Origin: Rotaria sp.
Lineage: Eukaryota
Assembly: GCA_905250055.1 (NCBI GenBank)
Contig: CAJNOF010000358.1
Location: 89,061-106,574 of the forward strand
Length of the DNA: 17,514 nt
Direction: 5' to 3'
Position 1 is the stretch's first letter. Each line of letters begins with the position of its first letter. Both the position numbers and the translations under genes were made by a program. Under the pieces are notes generated by a model. That model made no database searches and had not been told where the DNA came from. It saw nothing but the letters and a program-made list of their open reading frames with translations. Shown one piece after another: positions 1-11,142 of the stretch.

Positions 1-530
1 AAACTTATTCGATAATTTTTTACAATAAAATAATAATAACATTGATCTGTATTTAACATCTTTTGTTCTATTAGTTAAGTTATTGAGAATCATTTTCATG
101 AAATATTTGTATAATCCTTAAATAATCGTTTCATAAAATATGAATAAGCGAACTCATATCGATGTACGGTTTGTGTTTTAGGCAATAGCAGTTATTCTCT
201 TTTTTCGTATTCTTTCGTTCATTCTACTTCACATATGAATTATTCGATAAAGAAAAGAAAATATAATGATGTCAAACAATCACATTATTCATAGTAATCT
301 TTCATTGACGCAAACCGTAATGACTAAACAAAATATAGAAGTATCAATTGATTATCCATGTAAAAAAATCAGCTCTTTCGCTGAAACTTATATTTGACAT
401 TTCAATTCCACGACCTCATTTTATTAGTGTTCATCAAAAAAAATCGTAAATTAAATGTAACTGAAAATGAAATTCAACAAGTTATACAACTTGTTTCAGA
501 ATCTCTTCATAATAAACCAAAATATGGAAG

Positions 531-985
531 TGTGGGTGTGGGGTGTGGTTGGGGTGGATGGGAGTAACTGTGGGTATAGATGTGTGTATGTGCATCTGGA
601 TATGTGGGTGTGGGTGTTGAGGATGTGAGTGTGAAAAGGTGTGAGTTTAGGTGTTGATTTGGATGTTGGTGCGAAAGAGTAACAAATTTATGCATCCACA
701 CCTACAGTCATGCGGACACAGGCACCACCACTTACCCCAATCCTTTTTCATATCCTCGTCAAAACGCACAGGCGAACTCACAGCCATGTCCACATGCACA
801 CCATCTCTGGCTCACACACGTACATGCGACACTCTCACTCATACTCCTACCCACGTGTTCTTGCACAGCGTCATCCAAACTCACACTCAGCCGCACATCC
901 TCACTCATTCTGATGCACACTGCAATATCCTCGGTTACGGTGACACCCACGCAAACACCGAAAACCATCCACGCTCGCAACCCTC
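531..985. repeat. Degenerate telomere-like tract pair: G/T-rich arm (531-~680) followed by C/A-rich arm (~693-985)
   Basis: Sequence reads tgtgggtgtggggtgtggttggggtggatggg...tatgtgggtgtgggtgttgaggatgtgagtgtg, then switches abruptly at about 680-700 to catccacacctac...cacacgtacatgcgacactctcactc...cacccacgcaaacaccg. The inner arms pair imperfectly (taggtgttgatttggatg versus catccacaccta). Confidence 0.75.
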
Positions 986-1458
986 GCCATTCTCATCTGA
1001 CATAAACGATAGATTCCCAGACAAAATCTGAAATAAGGTATTTATCAAAACAAAACAAATCACACGGTATTAACAGAAATTAAGCCCCTACATCAGTCAT
1101 ATCAACTCATTTTATGGTTTCTTATGTCCCTTTTTTTATTTGAAGTCACTTCTCTTGATATTATTTATAAACAAATGAAATGACAGACTTTCTGCTCAAA
1201 GAATTTCAAGTGTTTCGACGTTGACTTGAATAAAAAAAAGTCACCACATGTGACAGAAAGGAAGGAATGAAATCGGTACAAGTAATAAAATCATTTTTTT
1301 CTACTATGTCAACATTAACAAAGAAACTGTTTATATATATAGTCTTGCTTGTTTTACTTTTTCTTATTGATTTCACATAAAAAAAGAAGTAGTTGATTCA
1401 ATGCATATATACTCTACTATCATATTGTAATGCAACATTCTAGAAGCTGTGATTCTAG

Positions 1459-2519
1459 CAAAGAGAAAAGGAGAAAAAACCGTCACGGAAAAGGCTAAAT
1501 GAATTGATTCATATTGATCGAAAACATCCTTCAGCTCGAACTTCGTGGTATTATGGTAAAACACAAACAATAGAATGGGGAGAATTTTCTGATATTGAAT
1601 GCGAAATAATTGAAGATGCTTTTAATAATGAAAACGGTGACGTAGAGTTAGATTTATCTGTGATCGATTTAAAAACCTCAATTATGACAATGAAACATGA
1701 TAAATTAAAACAATATTCAATCAAAAGAATGGACAATGTACCGAAACGTCTTAGAAAAGAAAGATTCTGTCCAATACTAAAGAAATTATCTGAAATGGCA
1801 GATGACATATCATTTGACTATGGTATTGGCAGATCAAAACGCCATTTTGCATTTTCATACCAACAAGAATATTTTGTTGACATGCCACAATCAATTGGAC
1901 AAGCTGCCGCGGGTATTTTGTTAGAAGGTGAAAAACTCGGTCATGGTAATGAAGCTCAATGGATAGCAAATTATTCACTGGAAGACAAATATAAAAGTAA
2001 ACAAGAAATTGATGAGCGTTGTATCGCGTTATATACTCGAAAATGTTTTCTATACAAACTATTGAACAAAACATTACGAGATGATGATTTAGATAAACAT
2101 GAAACATTGGGTCCATTTGCTCATTTATTAGGATACGAAGGATTATTTAATTTACCTGATGTCTGTCGCTATTCAAAAACTGTTTATAGAGCAATGAATT
2201 TAAGTCTTGGCCAAGTGGACCAGTATAAACTTGTGGAAGGTGTGAAAGAAGTTCTTCACTGGAAAACCTTTGTATCGACAACAAAAAGCTTAGCCATAGC
2301 AGAATTTTACGGAGCGAATACATTGTTTTATATATCATTGCCGCAAAAAAAATGCTCCACCTGCTATGGATATTTCACAATATTCATGTTTCTCACGAAG
2401 AAGAAATTTTATTATCTCCTCGTTTTCATTTTCACGTTGAATCTGTTAAATACGATGATGAGAAAAAACGACATACGATTCACTTAAAACAGTATGACTT
2501 TCTTATAGATGATCAATAA
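1459..2519 (+). pseudogene. WWE domain plus NAD(P)+--arginine ADP-ribosyltransferase-like gene, 5' end unresolved and reading frame disrupted near the 3' end (pseudogene or assembly error)
   Basis: The main ORF (1504-2487, starting with TTG, open back to about 1459) has a WWE-like N-terminus (SWYYGKTQTIEWGEFSDIECEIIEDAFNNENGDVELDL...IKRM). It also has ART-like blocks VYRAMNL and WKTFVSTTKSLAIAEFYGANTLFYISLP. The expected continuation is split over two other frames: NAPPAMDISQYSCFS (from about 2354), then HEEEILLSPRFHFHVESVKYDDEKKRHTIHLKQYDFLIDDQ* (to 2519). Confidence 0.75.
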
Positions 2520-2716
2520 ATAATAAAACAATTTTAGTTAGCATAACTCTTATACAGTTTTGGAGAAAGCAGCTGACGCCCAGAAGCGATTTCATTTCTT
2601 ATGATTTGGGTTGATATTTTGAGCACACATGAGCCACGATAAATATTGATTGCAAGCACTAATTCGACATCAATCAGCTTGGATACAATGGAATAATGAA
2701 TAAAATCCTATCTTGA

Positions 2717-2805
2717 GGGTGTGGGTGTGTGTGGTGGGAGGGGGGCATGTGGCAGTGTGGGTATCTGATAAATACAGGAACAGAACAACACCCACACCCA
2801 CACCC
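2717..2805. repeat. Short inverted repeat with telomere-like termini (GGGTGTGGGTGTG ... CACACCCACACCC)
   Basis: Left arm gggtgtgggtgtgtgtggtgggaggggggcatgtggcagtgtggg, right arm cacccacacccacaccc. The outermost 13 bp are perfectly inverted. Confidence 0.85.
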
Positions 2806-3763
2806 AAATAGTCTTTAATTTTCAGTTTGGACAACTTTTTTTTCTCGTACTTTCGATGCCGACAATTTCTATTTCCCGTAGTCTCGGTTCTGAGGCTCGC
2901 ATGCCTCCACTTTAGTCACTTTTTTTGAAAAATTGAATCGATATCCGTCATTTTAGTTCTAGAACAAAAGTAATTATTGATTTACCTTTGTCACCATGAT
3001 TTCCTTTTGTATCTTCAACTGAACTAAGTGTATCATTAATAAATCCATCTGAACGACATTTGAAATTATTCGAAAAGATCATTTTATTGCTAAAATTAAG
3101 TGTAAAAAAAATAACTTAGTTCGGAGGAACATGAAATTGATTCTCTCTATCATGCCAAACAGCCATATTTAATTATTGTCCATTCAAAGCTATGAAATCA
3201 CTGAATAGATTCCAAGAGGTTTCTTCTTTTTCACAACTTTTTATTTATATTTACATTTTCCAGATGTCACTTTGTTCTAGTATTTTATGTTCGACAATCT
3301 CATTATTATCATCATCATTTTCAATAAAAACTGTTTTAAGACAATGGAACAATGAAGTAATAATATAAGTTTCATTTAAATTTGTTTTTTTTTTAATATT
3401 TCTCTAAAAGATAAACCATCAAATAACACTTCTTCTCTTATATAGAAGACAATATCATCTATTCAATGTGAACATTTGGCTTTGTTTTTGCTATCTCATT
3501 TGAACTTTGATGAATAATATTGGATAATTGTATTTTATGTTGTCAGAAGTGAATGTCGACTTTTAATAGTTATCTGGACATGGTTGATTGTGGCAACCAA
3601 TATCTTATTTATTTTTTAATATAGAATTTTATATTTTGAAGCAATCTTATCAAAGATGAATCTCTACAAACAAGGTATAATTGTCATTCTCTTATCTTCA
3701 TCAATGTGCGCATGAGTTTGAGTAAAGATATAGAAAGACATAACTGATAATTTTCTACCTACT

Positions 3764-6005
3764 ATGACGATCTTTCGATACTTTTATATCGGTATCATTT
3801 TTCTTCTGATATCCCAATGGTCAAACACTTTACCTATTTCCAAAGTCACAAATCATTTGATTGAATTGACTTCATGTGAATTATGCAATATTATACTACC
3901 TATTGCGAAAGTTCTTGTTGCCAGAAATGAATCATCATTAATGGAGAAATTGGGTATAGAACTATGTCAGTATCTACATCTTGCTGATGATGCAGTATGT
4001 TCAGGCATGATCAAAGAATACAATTATGTACTCAATGAAATTCTTCGCTATAGCCCATTATCAACATATGAAATCTGCGGTGTAGCTTTTTATTGTATCC
4101 GACAAGCTGATATTCCTGCACTTCAATGGAATGTTACTATTCCGCCACCAACCAAGTCACTACTCTTTTCTAAGGATGATTTATCTTCAATATCTACTTA
4201 CTCAGTTCTTCATCTTGCTGATTTACATATTGATAGAGAATATAAACCTGGTTCAAATGCTAATTGTGGTCGTCCATTGTGTTGTCGTGATGGAATACCA
4301 AAATCTGGCGACTTAGGTGCAGGATTTTGGGGTGATTATCGTACATGTGATATACCACAATGGACAGCAGAAAGTATGTTAAAATACATTGCTGAAAACG
4401 AAGAACAAATTGATTTTATTTATTTTACTGGTGATATTGCACCACATGATGTATGGCAACAAACTCAAGATAAAGATCTTGAAGAAATTTCTTTTACTAC
4501 TCGTTTACTAAAACAGACATTTCCTGAGAAAAAAATTTATCCATGTGTCGGCAATCATGAAACAGCACCACCAGGTCTTTTTTCAACGGTTAATATGTCA
4601 TGGCTTTATTCGAATTTAGCTTTTCAATGGATTAATCAATTTGGACTTGATGAACAAACAAGAGATACTATCGTTAAAGGAGGTTATTATACTACAATAA
4701 TAGCACCAAAATTTCGTTTGATTTCATTAAATATGAACTATTGTAGCGAAGAAAATTATTGGCTGTTCATTAATTCAACAGACCCTCTAGGTCAATTACA
4801 ATGGGTAATTTTTAGACAATCCTCTTTTTTGTAACACTTCTTAGAAATATATATATATATTTCAATTATTTTTCTATTATAGTTGATTCAATGGCTTCAA
4901 TATGCGGAACAAAATCAAGAAAAAGTTCATATTATTGGACATCAACCACCACGAATGTGTATGGTATCATTTAGTTGGGCTTATTATAGCATTGTTAATC
5001 GCTATCAAAAGACGATAACTGGTCAATTTTTTGCTCATACGCATTTTGATGAATTTATGCTTTTCTATAATGAAACAGATTCTAAACAACCAGTAAGGTT
5101 TAATGAATACGCAGACAATACAAATACTTTTCTTATCTTTATAGATTTCTGTCGCTTACATAGCACCTTCATTTACAACTTATCCAAACGTGAATCCTGG
5201 CTATCGAATGTTTACAATTGATGTAAGTTCTTGGATGTCTTTTAATGCTTACTCATTCTAAAATATTATGTGTACGACTATCTTTTTGAATAGTTGAGTA
5301 GAGATGTTCTAAAACAATCGATTGAAGCCATTTCCTCTTTGATTTAGGCTTGCAACAAGTCTTATTGATCGAAAGAGAAGAATTGTTTCTATCGATTGAT
5401 CATATTACAAGTCTAAGCCAAAAAGGAAAATGACTTCAGAATATCGTTTTCAAAAAGTTTTTACGAGCAACTTATCTGATTTATCAATGGCTGACCGACC
5501 AACTTTCGCTATGATTCGATGCGCTTAGATCTTTTTTTTTGGATGATAAAAACCGCAGGTCTCTATGACGTTCCTATCAAAATTCATTTAAAAAACAGTA
5601 AAACACATTATATTTTAAAATCGATAGTATTTTTAACCTAATTATTATTACTGAAATGTTTATTATATTCTACAGAGTAAAAACTCAGCATTTGTGCTCG
5701 ATCATCGAACGGTAATTCTTAATTTAACAGCTACTAATCTGTATAATTCAACTAAATTTGTCGAAGAATATTCTGCAAAATCAGCTTATTCTCTGAAAGA
5801 TTTATCTCCACAAGAATGGAACAACTTCGTATTACGGTTAGAAAATGATATCGATGGTGAGACCATGGGACTGGTATATGAATTCTTTATGAAATCATCT
5901 ACACCGGGCAATGCTTGTGATCGAATATGTCGAATGACATTAATTAATTGTAATCTTAAAACAGCTAGAGCACAAGATACGACTTTTTGTTCCGAAATTA
6001 TTTGA
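3764..6005 (+). CDS. Acid sphingomyelinase-like phosphodiesterase (signal peptide, saposin-B domain, calcineurin-like metallophosphoesterase). Exons 3764-4804, 4883-5092, 5145-5222, 5676-6005
   Basis: N-terminal hydrophobic signal. Saposin-like cysteines (LTSCELCNIILPIAKVLV...LCQYL). Metallophosphoesterase motifs LADLHID, GDIAPHDVW, CVGNHE, HIIGHQPP and AHTHFDEF. Splice-corrected joins read LGQLQW|LIQWLQYAE, SKQP|ISVAYIAPSFTTYPNVNPGYRMFTID, then SKNSAFVLDHRTVILNLTATN...WNNFVLRLE...CNLKTARAQD. GT-AG introns at 4805-4882, 5093-5144 and 5223-5675. The last may hide a mini-exon. Confidence 0.9.
4848..4861. repeat. Short (AT)n microsatellite inside intron 1 of the sphingomyelinase-like gene
   Basis: Run of atatatatatatat immediately before the branch/acceptor region. 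Confidence 0.7.
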
Positions 6006-6469
6006 CATAGTCTGAACTTTTTCCATATATCAAATATTTTTGCCTAAAATATTCTATTCTAAAATCAAAACAAAAAAAAAGATAATTTAACCAATAGAAT
6101 ACTGGAGAATCATCAAATAAATATTGAACTCATGAAAATAATATATGAAATTCACGCAGTGACCAACCATTTGATTGTCTCGGTTTTTGAAAAAATTAGA
6201 ATTTCTATTGAACTGTATACTTAACCATATATGAATTTCTACTTATGGTTTTTTAAAACTTATTTTCTGTAAGTGCGCTGATGAAGGTGCATGGAATATC
6301 CACAGCCACATAGTATGTTCCTATAGACAAACGTTTCTCATACAGGCTTTAAACTATATATAAGGTGTTCTCGTAGTAGTCAGTTGTACTATAATTATTA
6401 TGCAGTGGGTATGAGTGCGCAGTGAGCGGGATGGAGTATGAGTGCAGATAAAGATAACTTTGACGCCTA

Positions 6470-6515
6470 GGGTGTGGGTGTGAGAATGAACAATAAAACG
6501 TCCACACCCACACCC
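6470..6515. repeat. 46-bp perfect-stem telomere-like hairpin (13-bp arms, 20-nt loop)
   Basis: gggtgtgggtgtg at 6470-6482, agaatgaacaataaaacgtc loop, cacacccacaccc at 6503-6515. The same 13-bp terminus occurs at 2717/2805. Confidence 0.9.
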
Positions 6516-8017
6516 AGAAATTAACACAACTAGGACTTATTAAACCTAACGAGAAAGAAGTTAAGGAGACATTATTAAAAACTGTATCACTTACCTTTGT
6601 TCTATTTTACACAATTTGAATAATAAGCATCAGCTGGTCGCAAGACGGCTAAGATAGACATCTGGAAGAAAAAAATCGTGAATGTTGACATTAAAAAAGC
6701 CTTACCTTACCATACCGAATATTAAAAATCAATCATCAAGGCAAAAGAGAGCACAACAAAAATTTATTTATCCAAAAGAACAAAATATTTAATAAATGTA
6801 AAGTGTCAAGTATGATTTACTTTTTTTTCTGTCTAAGAAAATGAAACAAAACAAAGAAAGTAAATAAACACAAGTGGATTGATCAACCCTCGTAACTAAC
6901 CTTTTATGTCATAATCATTAGACAAAAGAAAGAGAGCGCTACTACTTTTTATTTTACACTTCCAACTTTGTAAGTAATTTATTTAGAAATTAAGTTCGTA
7001 ATATACAGTAATTTAGAGGGTTCTCGGCTCTCGAGATAACCATAGCTAGGCTACAGGTAATTGGACGCATGTTTAACAAAAGTGTGGATGTATGGGCCGT
7101 TTCTTCTCTTACACCTATGCTCACATTCAACTATACAGCTGAAAAGAGCGTTCATTTCTACTACCCAATTCAAACTTTTTCGATTTGAAAACCTTCCAAA
7201 ATAATTTTAGCCTATTCCAACATTTTTCAGCCTCTGAAACATGAGACCATTTTATTCATAAGTTCGTTTCGGGTCTTATTTTGATATTGTCTTGAAAGCG
7301 GCTAAACCGATCGAGTCCATTCAAGTTGGTTTGATAGCTTTTTAGTTAGACGAAAAAAATTAGAGATAAAAATCTCATATTTTCCCTGGTTTTAATGCTT
7401 GTGTAATTCCATTTATTGAACCACCGAAAATTTTTTTATCTCCTTTTGTAGAACCCTTCAAGCTTCATCTAACATTACAAAATTCAAGGTCTGGAAAAAA
7501 CGACCTATATTAGGGGTGTATGATAGTCCTAATAAACGGACATCAATAATGAATCTCAGCTAGTAGTCATCAAATCTTTTGTGACAGTAGTATATTCCTA
7601 ATCTAATTTCAAGAAACATATATAATGCTTTTTATAAGCATGAGAGTTATTTAGATTTCGAGAACTCATCAAGTTCTACAAACAAATGCTTATGACCACT
7701 CAAACTTGGTTGTCAAAGAAAAAAATGAACAACTGTTGAAGACTAGTCACAAACTATATTAAAGCATAAGAAAAATCTCCTTTTTTTTGCTATTCTCTGT
7801 TGTGTTGTATCAACGTATCGTCATTATAGAAGAAAAAGATTGTAGAAAGGTGAGTATATACATATACAGCGGACAAATTTTATTGAAAGATTTCACACTA
7901 GTGATACATAATTGAAGAAATATAGCTAATCGGATTAGTACAAGCTTCACTTCTTTGACAATCAAAAAATATTAATATACAACACAAAACTTCGTTTGTA
8001 TTTGTTAATAGAACAAA

Positions 8018-9079
8018 TCAACAATATTTACAAATAGAGATTTCAATAAACTTCGATACTGTATAAGATTTTTCAGTCCATTCAGTTTTGACTAATCCAT
8101 CATATTGTTCATTCATAGCAAGCAATACCGATTGGAATTGGTCGATATTTAGCTGCATATTATCAACAATCGTTATTAAATTTTTTTGACATTTAATAAA
8201 TATATTGATTCGTTCTATTTTTAGAAAAATTGGCCACCAATGATAAATTAAATTATTCAATAAATCTTCATTTATAAAATCAAAATTCATATTAAGATAA
8301 AAACGTCTTATAGCAGGCAGATTTTTATGTAAATTTTGAAAAATAATCGGAGAAGAATAATTTGAAGAGCATTGAACATTAATAGTTTGAAGTTGTGGAA
8401 GAATAAATAATGATTTAAAAAAGATCCATTCTCGATTTTTAACATAAATATCATAATTATTATATTCAAGTCTTTTCAATTTTGGCATATGACTTAAAAG
8501 TAAATTGATAATAGAACCATATGAATCATCTTCAAGTTTAATATCAAGTATTTCTATATTACTAATATTATTCGAATAAAAAATGATTGGTGTAATTGGT
8601 CGTGAGAATTCTAATCGACAAATATGAAGCGTAGGTGCAGCAAGAATACCATCAAGTAATATTTGATTTGGTACACATTCAATAGAAAGATAATGAAGCG
8701 AATTAAGTTGCTGTAAAACATGACATACATGTGATATTTCTCGTCCACGTAATTTCATTGTTAAAGATTTTAACTGAATAAGTTTCGTACAATGCCATCG
8801 AAGAAATTCAGGTATATGAGATATTTTATGTTGAATAATTGGTCGAACACTGATAATACGATTAAGTATATTCTCAGACCAATATGGTAGAATAGAATAT
8901 TCTAAAGGATTTTTATTAATTTTTCCTAAACGAACATTAAATAAAAGATAATCAGAAGTAATTAGTTGATCAAAATAATGATTTAAATTAGTAAACGCTT
9001 GAAGAAGAATATGTGCTTCTAAATAAGAAAAAATTTCAATCCATAATTCAATTGGCAATTGCTCAATACAAGTTTTCAT
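8018..9079 (-). CDS. F-box domain protein (N-terminal F-box, leucine-rich C-terminal region), single exon
   Basis: 353-aa ORF starting MKTCIEQLPIELWIEIFSYLEAHILLQAFTNLNHYFDQLI (F-box signature LPxELWxEIFSYL), followed by repeated leucine-rich segments (LKSLTMKL, LNSLHYLSIECVP, LKRLEYNN, LQTINVQCS). Confidence 0.88.
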   Translation of the reverse strand: MKTCIEQLPIELWIEIFSYLEAHILLQAFTNLNHYFDQLITSDYLLFNVRLGKINKNPLEYSILPYWSENILNRIISVRPIIQHKISHIPEFLRWHCTKLIQLKSLTMKLRGREISHVCHVLQQLNSLHYLSIECVPNQILLDGILAAPTLHICRLEFSRPITPIIFYSNNISNIEILDIKLEDDSYGSIINLLLSHMPKLKRLEYNNYDIYVKNREWIFFKSLFILPQLQTINVQCSSNYSSPIIFQNLHKNLPAIRRFYLNMNFDFINEDLLNNLIYHWWPIFLKIERINIFIKCQKNLITIVDNMQLNIDQFQSVLLAMNEQYDGLVKTEWTEKSYTVSKFIEISICKYC

Positions 9080-9701
9080 TGTTATATGTGGATTGAAATA
9101 TAGTTCTCATTGTACAATCATAAACAGTCCACAGTTTATTATGAAGGATTTCAGAAGAACGAATAAGACAAAAGAGATGAAAGATGGCGATATACGAAAG
9201 AAATCTCATTAGCTTCGTAAAAAAGACTTAGATTTTGGCGTAATGTTTAGGTATGCCTGGCAAAAATTTCATCGAATCATGAATTCTTTCTCTATCTTGT
9301 GTTAAATAGATGATCTTATTAATACTTTTATTGAAATAGTTTAATTTAGCAAAATAAATTTGTCATTTTTTTTAAACAGCTTTTTAACATATAAAAATTT
9401 TTAGAGAAATATTTTCTGACGAATTATTTTGAGTTCATGTAATTTCAAATTGCCGATCAACTTCATTGTGTCGACATGAGAGATATTCTCGGTAATTATC
9501 TAATCTTTTGTTATCGATCGCTTGAAGAATAATTTTTATAATAATTATTCAACCATGATTACTTACATTTGTGAAAAAGATTCGTTCAAATAATGACAAA
9601 ATATGTCAAGATGAAATCACTTTAACATTGACATTTTTTTAACTAAATAGCAAAACAACATCTCTTTAATTATATTCAAAATTCTATTTCAATTTAATAA
9701 T

Positions 9702-9917
9702 TCAAAGTTCTATAAGCATGTATGATTGCCGAAGAAGTGATATTGTTGAATCCCTATAATCATAATCATTATTGAAAATATTAAGTCGCTTTAATCTAGA
9801 TATTGTAGCTGTATTGATGGATCCTTCGGTCTTTGAGAAAATTTGTTGTCCTCTTGATAACATTGAAATACATGAAAATAAGGCATGCAAGATAATTGCT
9901 TCATTAATTTTCGGCAC
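9702..9917 (-). CDS. Small hypothetical ORF, possibly a gene remnant
   Basis: 71-aa ORF with no recognisable domain. No clear splice-connected neighbours were found. Confidence 0.2.
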   Translation of the reverse strand: MPKINEAIILHALFSCISMLSRGQQIFSKTEGSINTATISRLKRLNIFNNDYDYRDSTISLLRQSYMLIEL

Positions 9918-11142
9918 TTTTTCTTTCGTGAAATCATGAATTTCTTGGCTCCTAAAGAGCTCTACAAAATGAGACAGTTTTGAGAAAAATTTGAAGCGTC
10001 AATTGAGCACGTTTCTATGAGAAACAGATGGTATCTAGGTAATTTTAAGTGAAAGAAATAAATATCTTTTCAGCCCTAAAAAATCAAAATTTTCTCATTC
10101 GATCCTCATGTCGGCTTCTAAGAATACCTTTCTCTGATCAAAAGTTAAAAATTAAGTGTAGAAAAGCAGTTAATTCTATTCTAATTCAAAAAGTTTGTAA
10201 GTGCGGGGCATCTTGAATGTTTGTAGGTCATTTTGTCACCCGATCGAGTTTTTCTGGTTAAGTGGCAGTTGCAAATACAGTGTGTCCTAAAAGTTGTTTC
10301 ATATATCTTTACTGTTTGATTTAAAGTGGCCAACTATTTTTTTTTTGTTAAATGATAGTTGAATATACTGAGTTTTCATCCATACGAACAAATTTCAGAA
10401 CTACTATTCAAAGCTAAGATCTTTAACCGAAATACAAATATTTAGTCTGGTTTCTATTTTCAGAAAAACGTTACGCAATATTTCTCTTTTTGGGTATAAG
10501 TGTCGGCGACGGCCGTCTATAGATCGAAACTTACTTCCAATTCCTACACAATCACATCCTCAAGAAGAAACTAAGAGAGCAATTGAATATGTACATATTG
10601 ACTATTGTGCGAGTATCGAAACAAAGTAATTATTTGATGCGCATGTCTGTGTATTCATCTGTCATTTTACATAAAAGAACACACTTTAACCAGTGAGTTC
10701 TAAGTATCACTTGAGCTTAACTGAAGTCTTTCTCCGCTCAGCTTTTCTCACATTTCATCTGGTGTCTTCTTCGAAATAATAATTAAAACGCGAAATGTAT
10801 TCTAGTGATGAATCAAGAGATTGCTTGTGTCTATAGATTGAATTCTGATTATAAACAAAATACAATAATGACATATTAAATAGTAATCCAAGTGTTTTCA
10901 GAATGTGATGAAAACAGTTTTTCTGTAATGATTTCGTCGATTGATTCTGTTTTCGAACTTGTGCTTGTTTGGCTATTGATCATTACGGATAATTCATAAC
11001 GGAAAGGTTGATCAAGGATATTTACTTTCGTCAAAACATGACTAAACATTGTAATGTAATTTTATTAGTACAACTAAGACAAAGCTAATAATAAAGATAT
11101 TTTGTACACATTTCGGATGCTTTTATGCTACCAATGTCTTTC

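Noticed and set aside
507-1031. Overlapping ORFs (507-701 -, 651-1031 +, 710-913 +, 759-980 -)
   Set aside because: All are His/Thr/Pro/Ser or Val/Cys low-complexity translations of the telomere-like G/T and C/A tracts, overlapping on both strands.
1551-2338. Antisense ORFs 1551-1808, 1751-2116 and 2147-2338 on the minus strand
   Set aside because: They lie antisense to the much better supported WWE/ART gene and have no domain signal.
4131-4316. + strand ORF overlapping the sphingomyelinase-like exon 1
   Set aside because: Out-of-frame overlap with an exon carrying strong metallophosphoesterase motifs.
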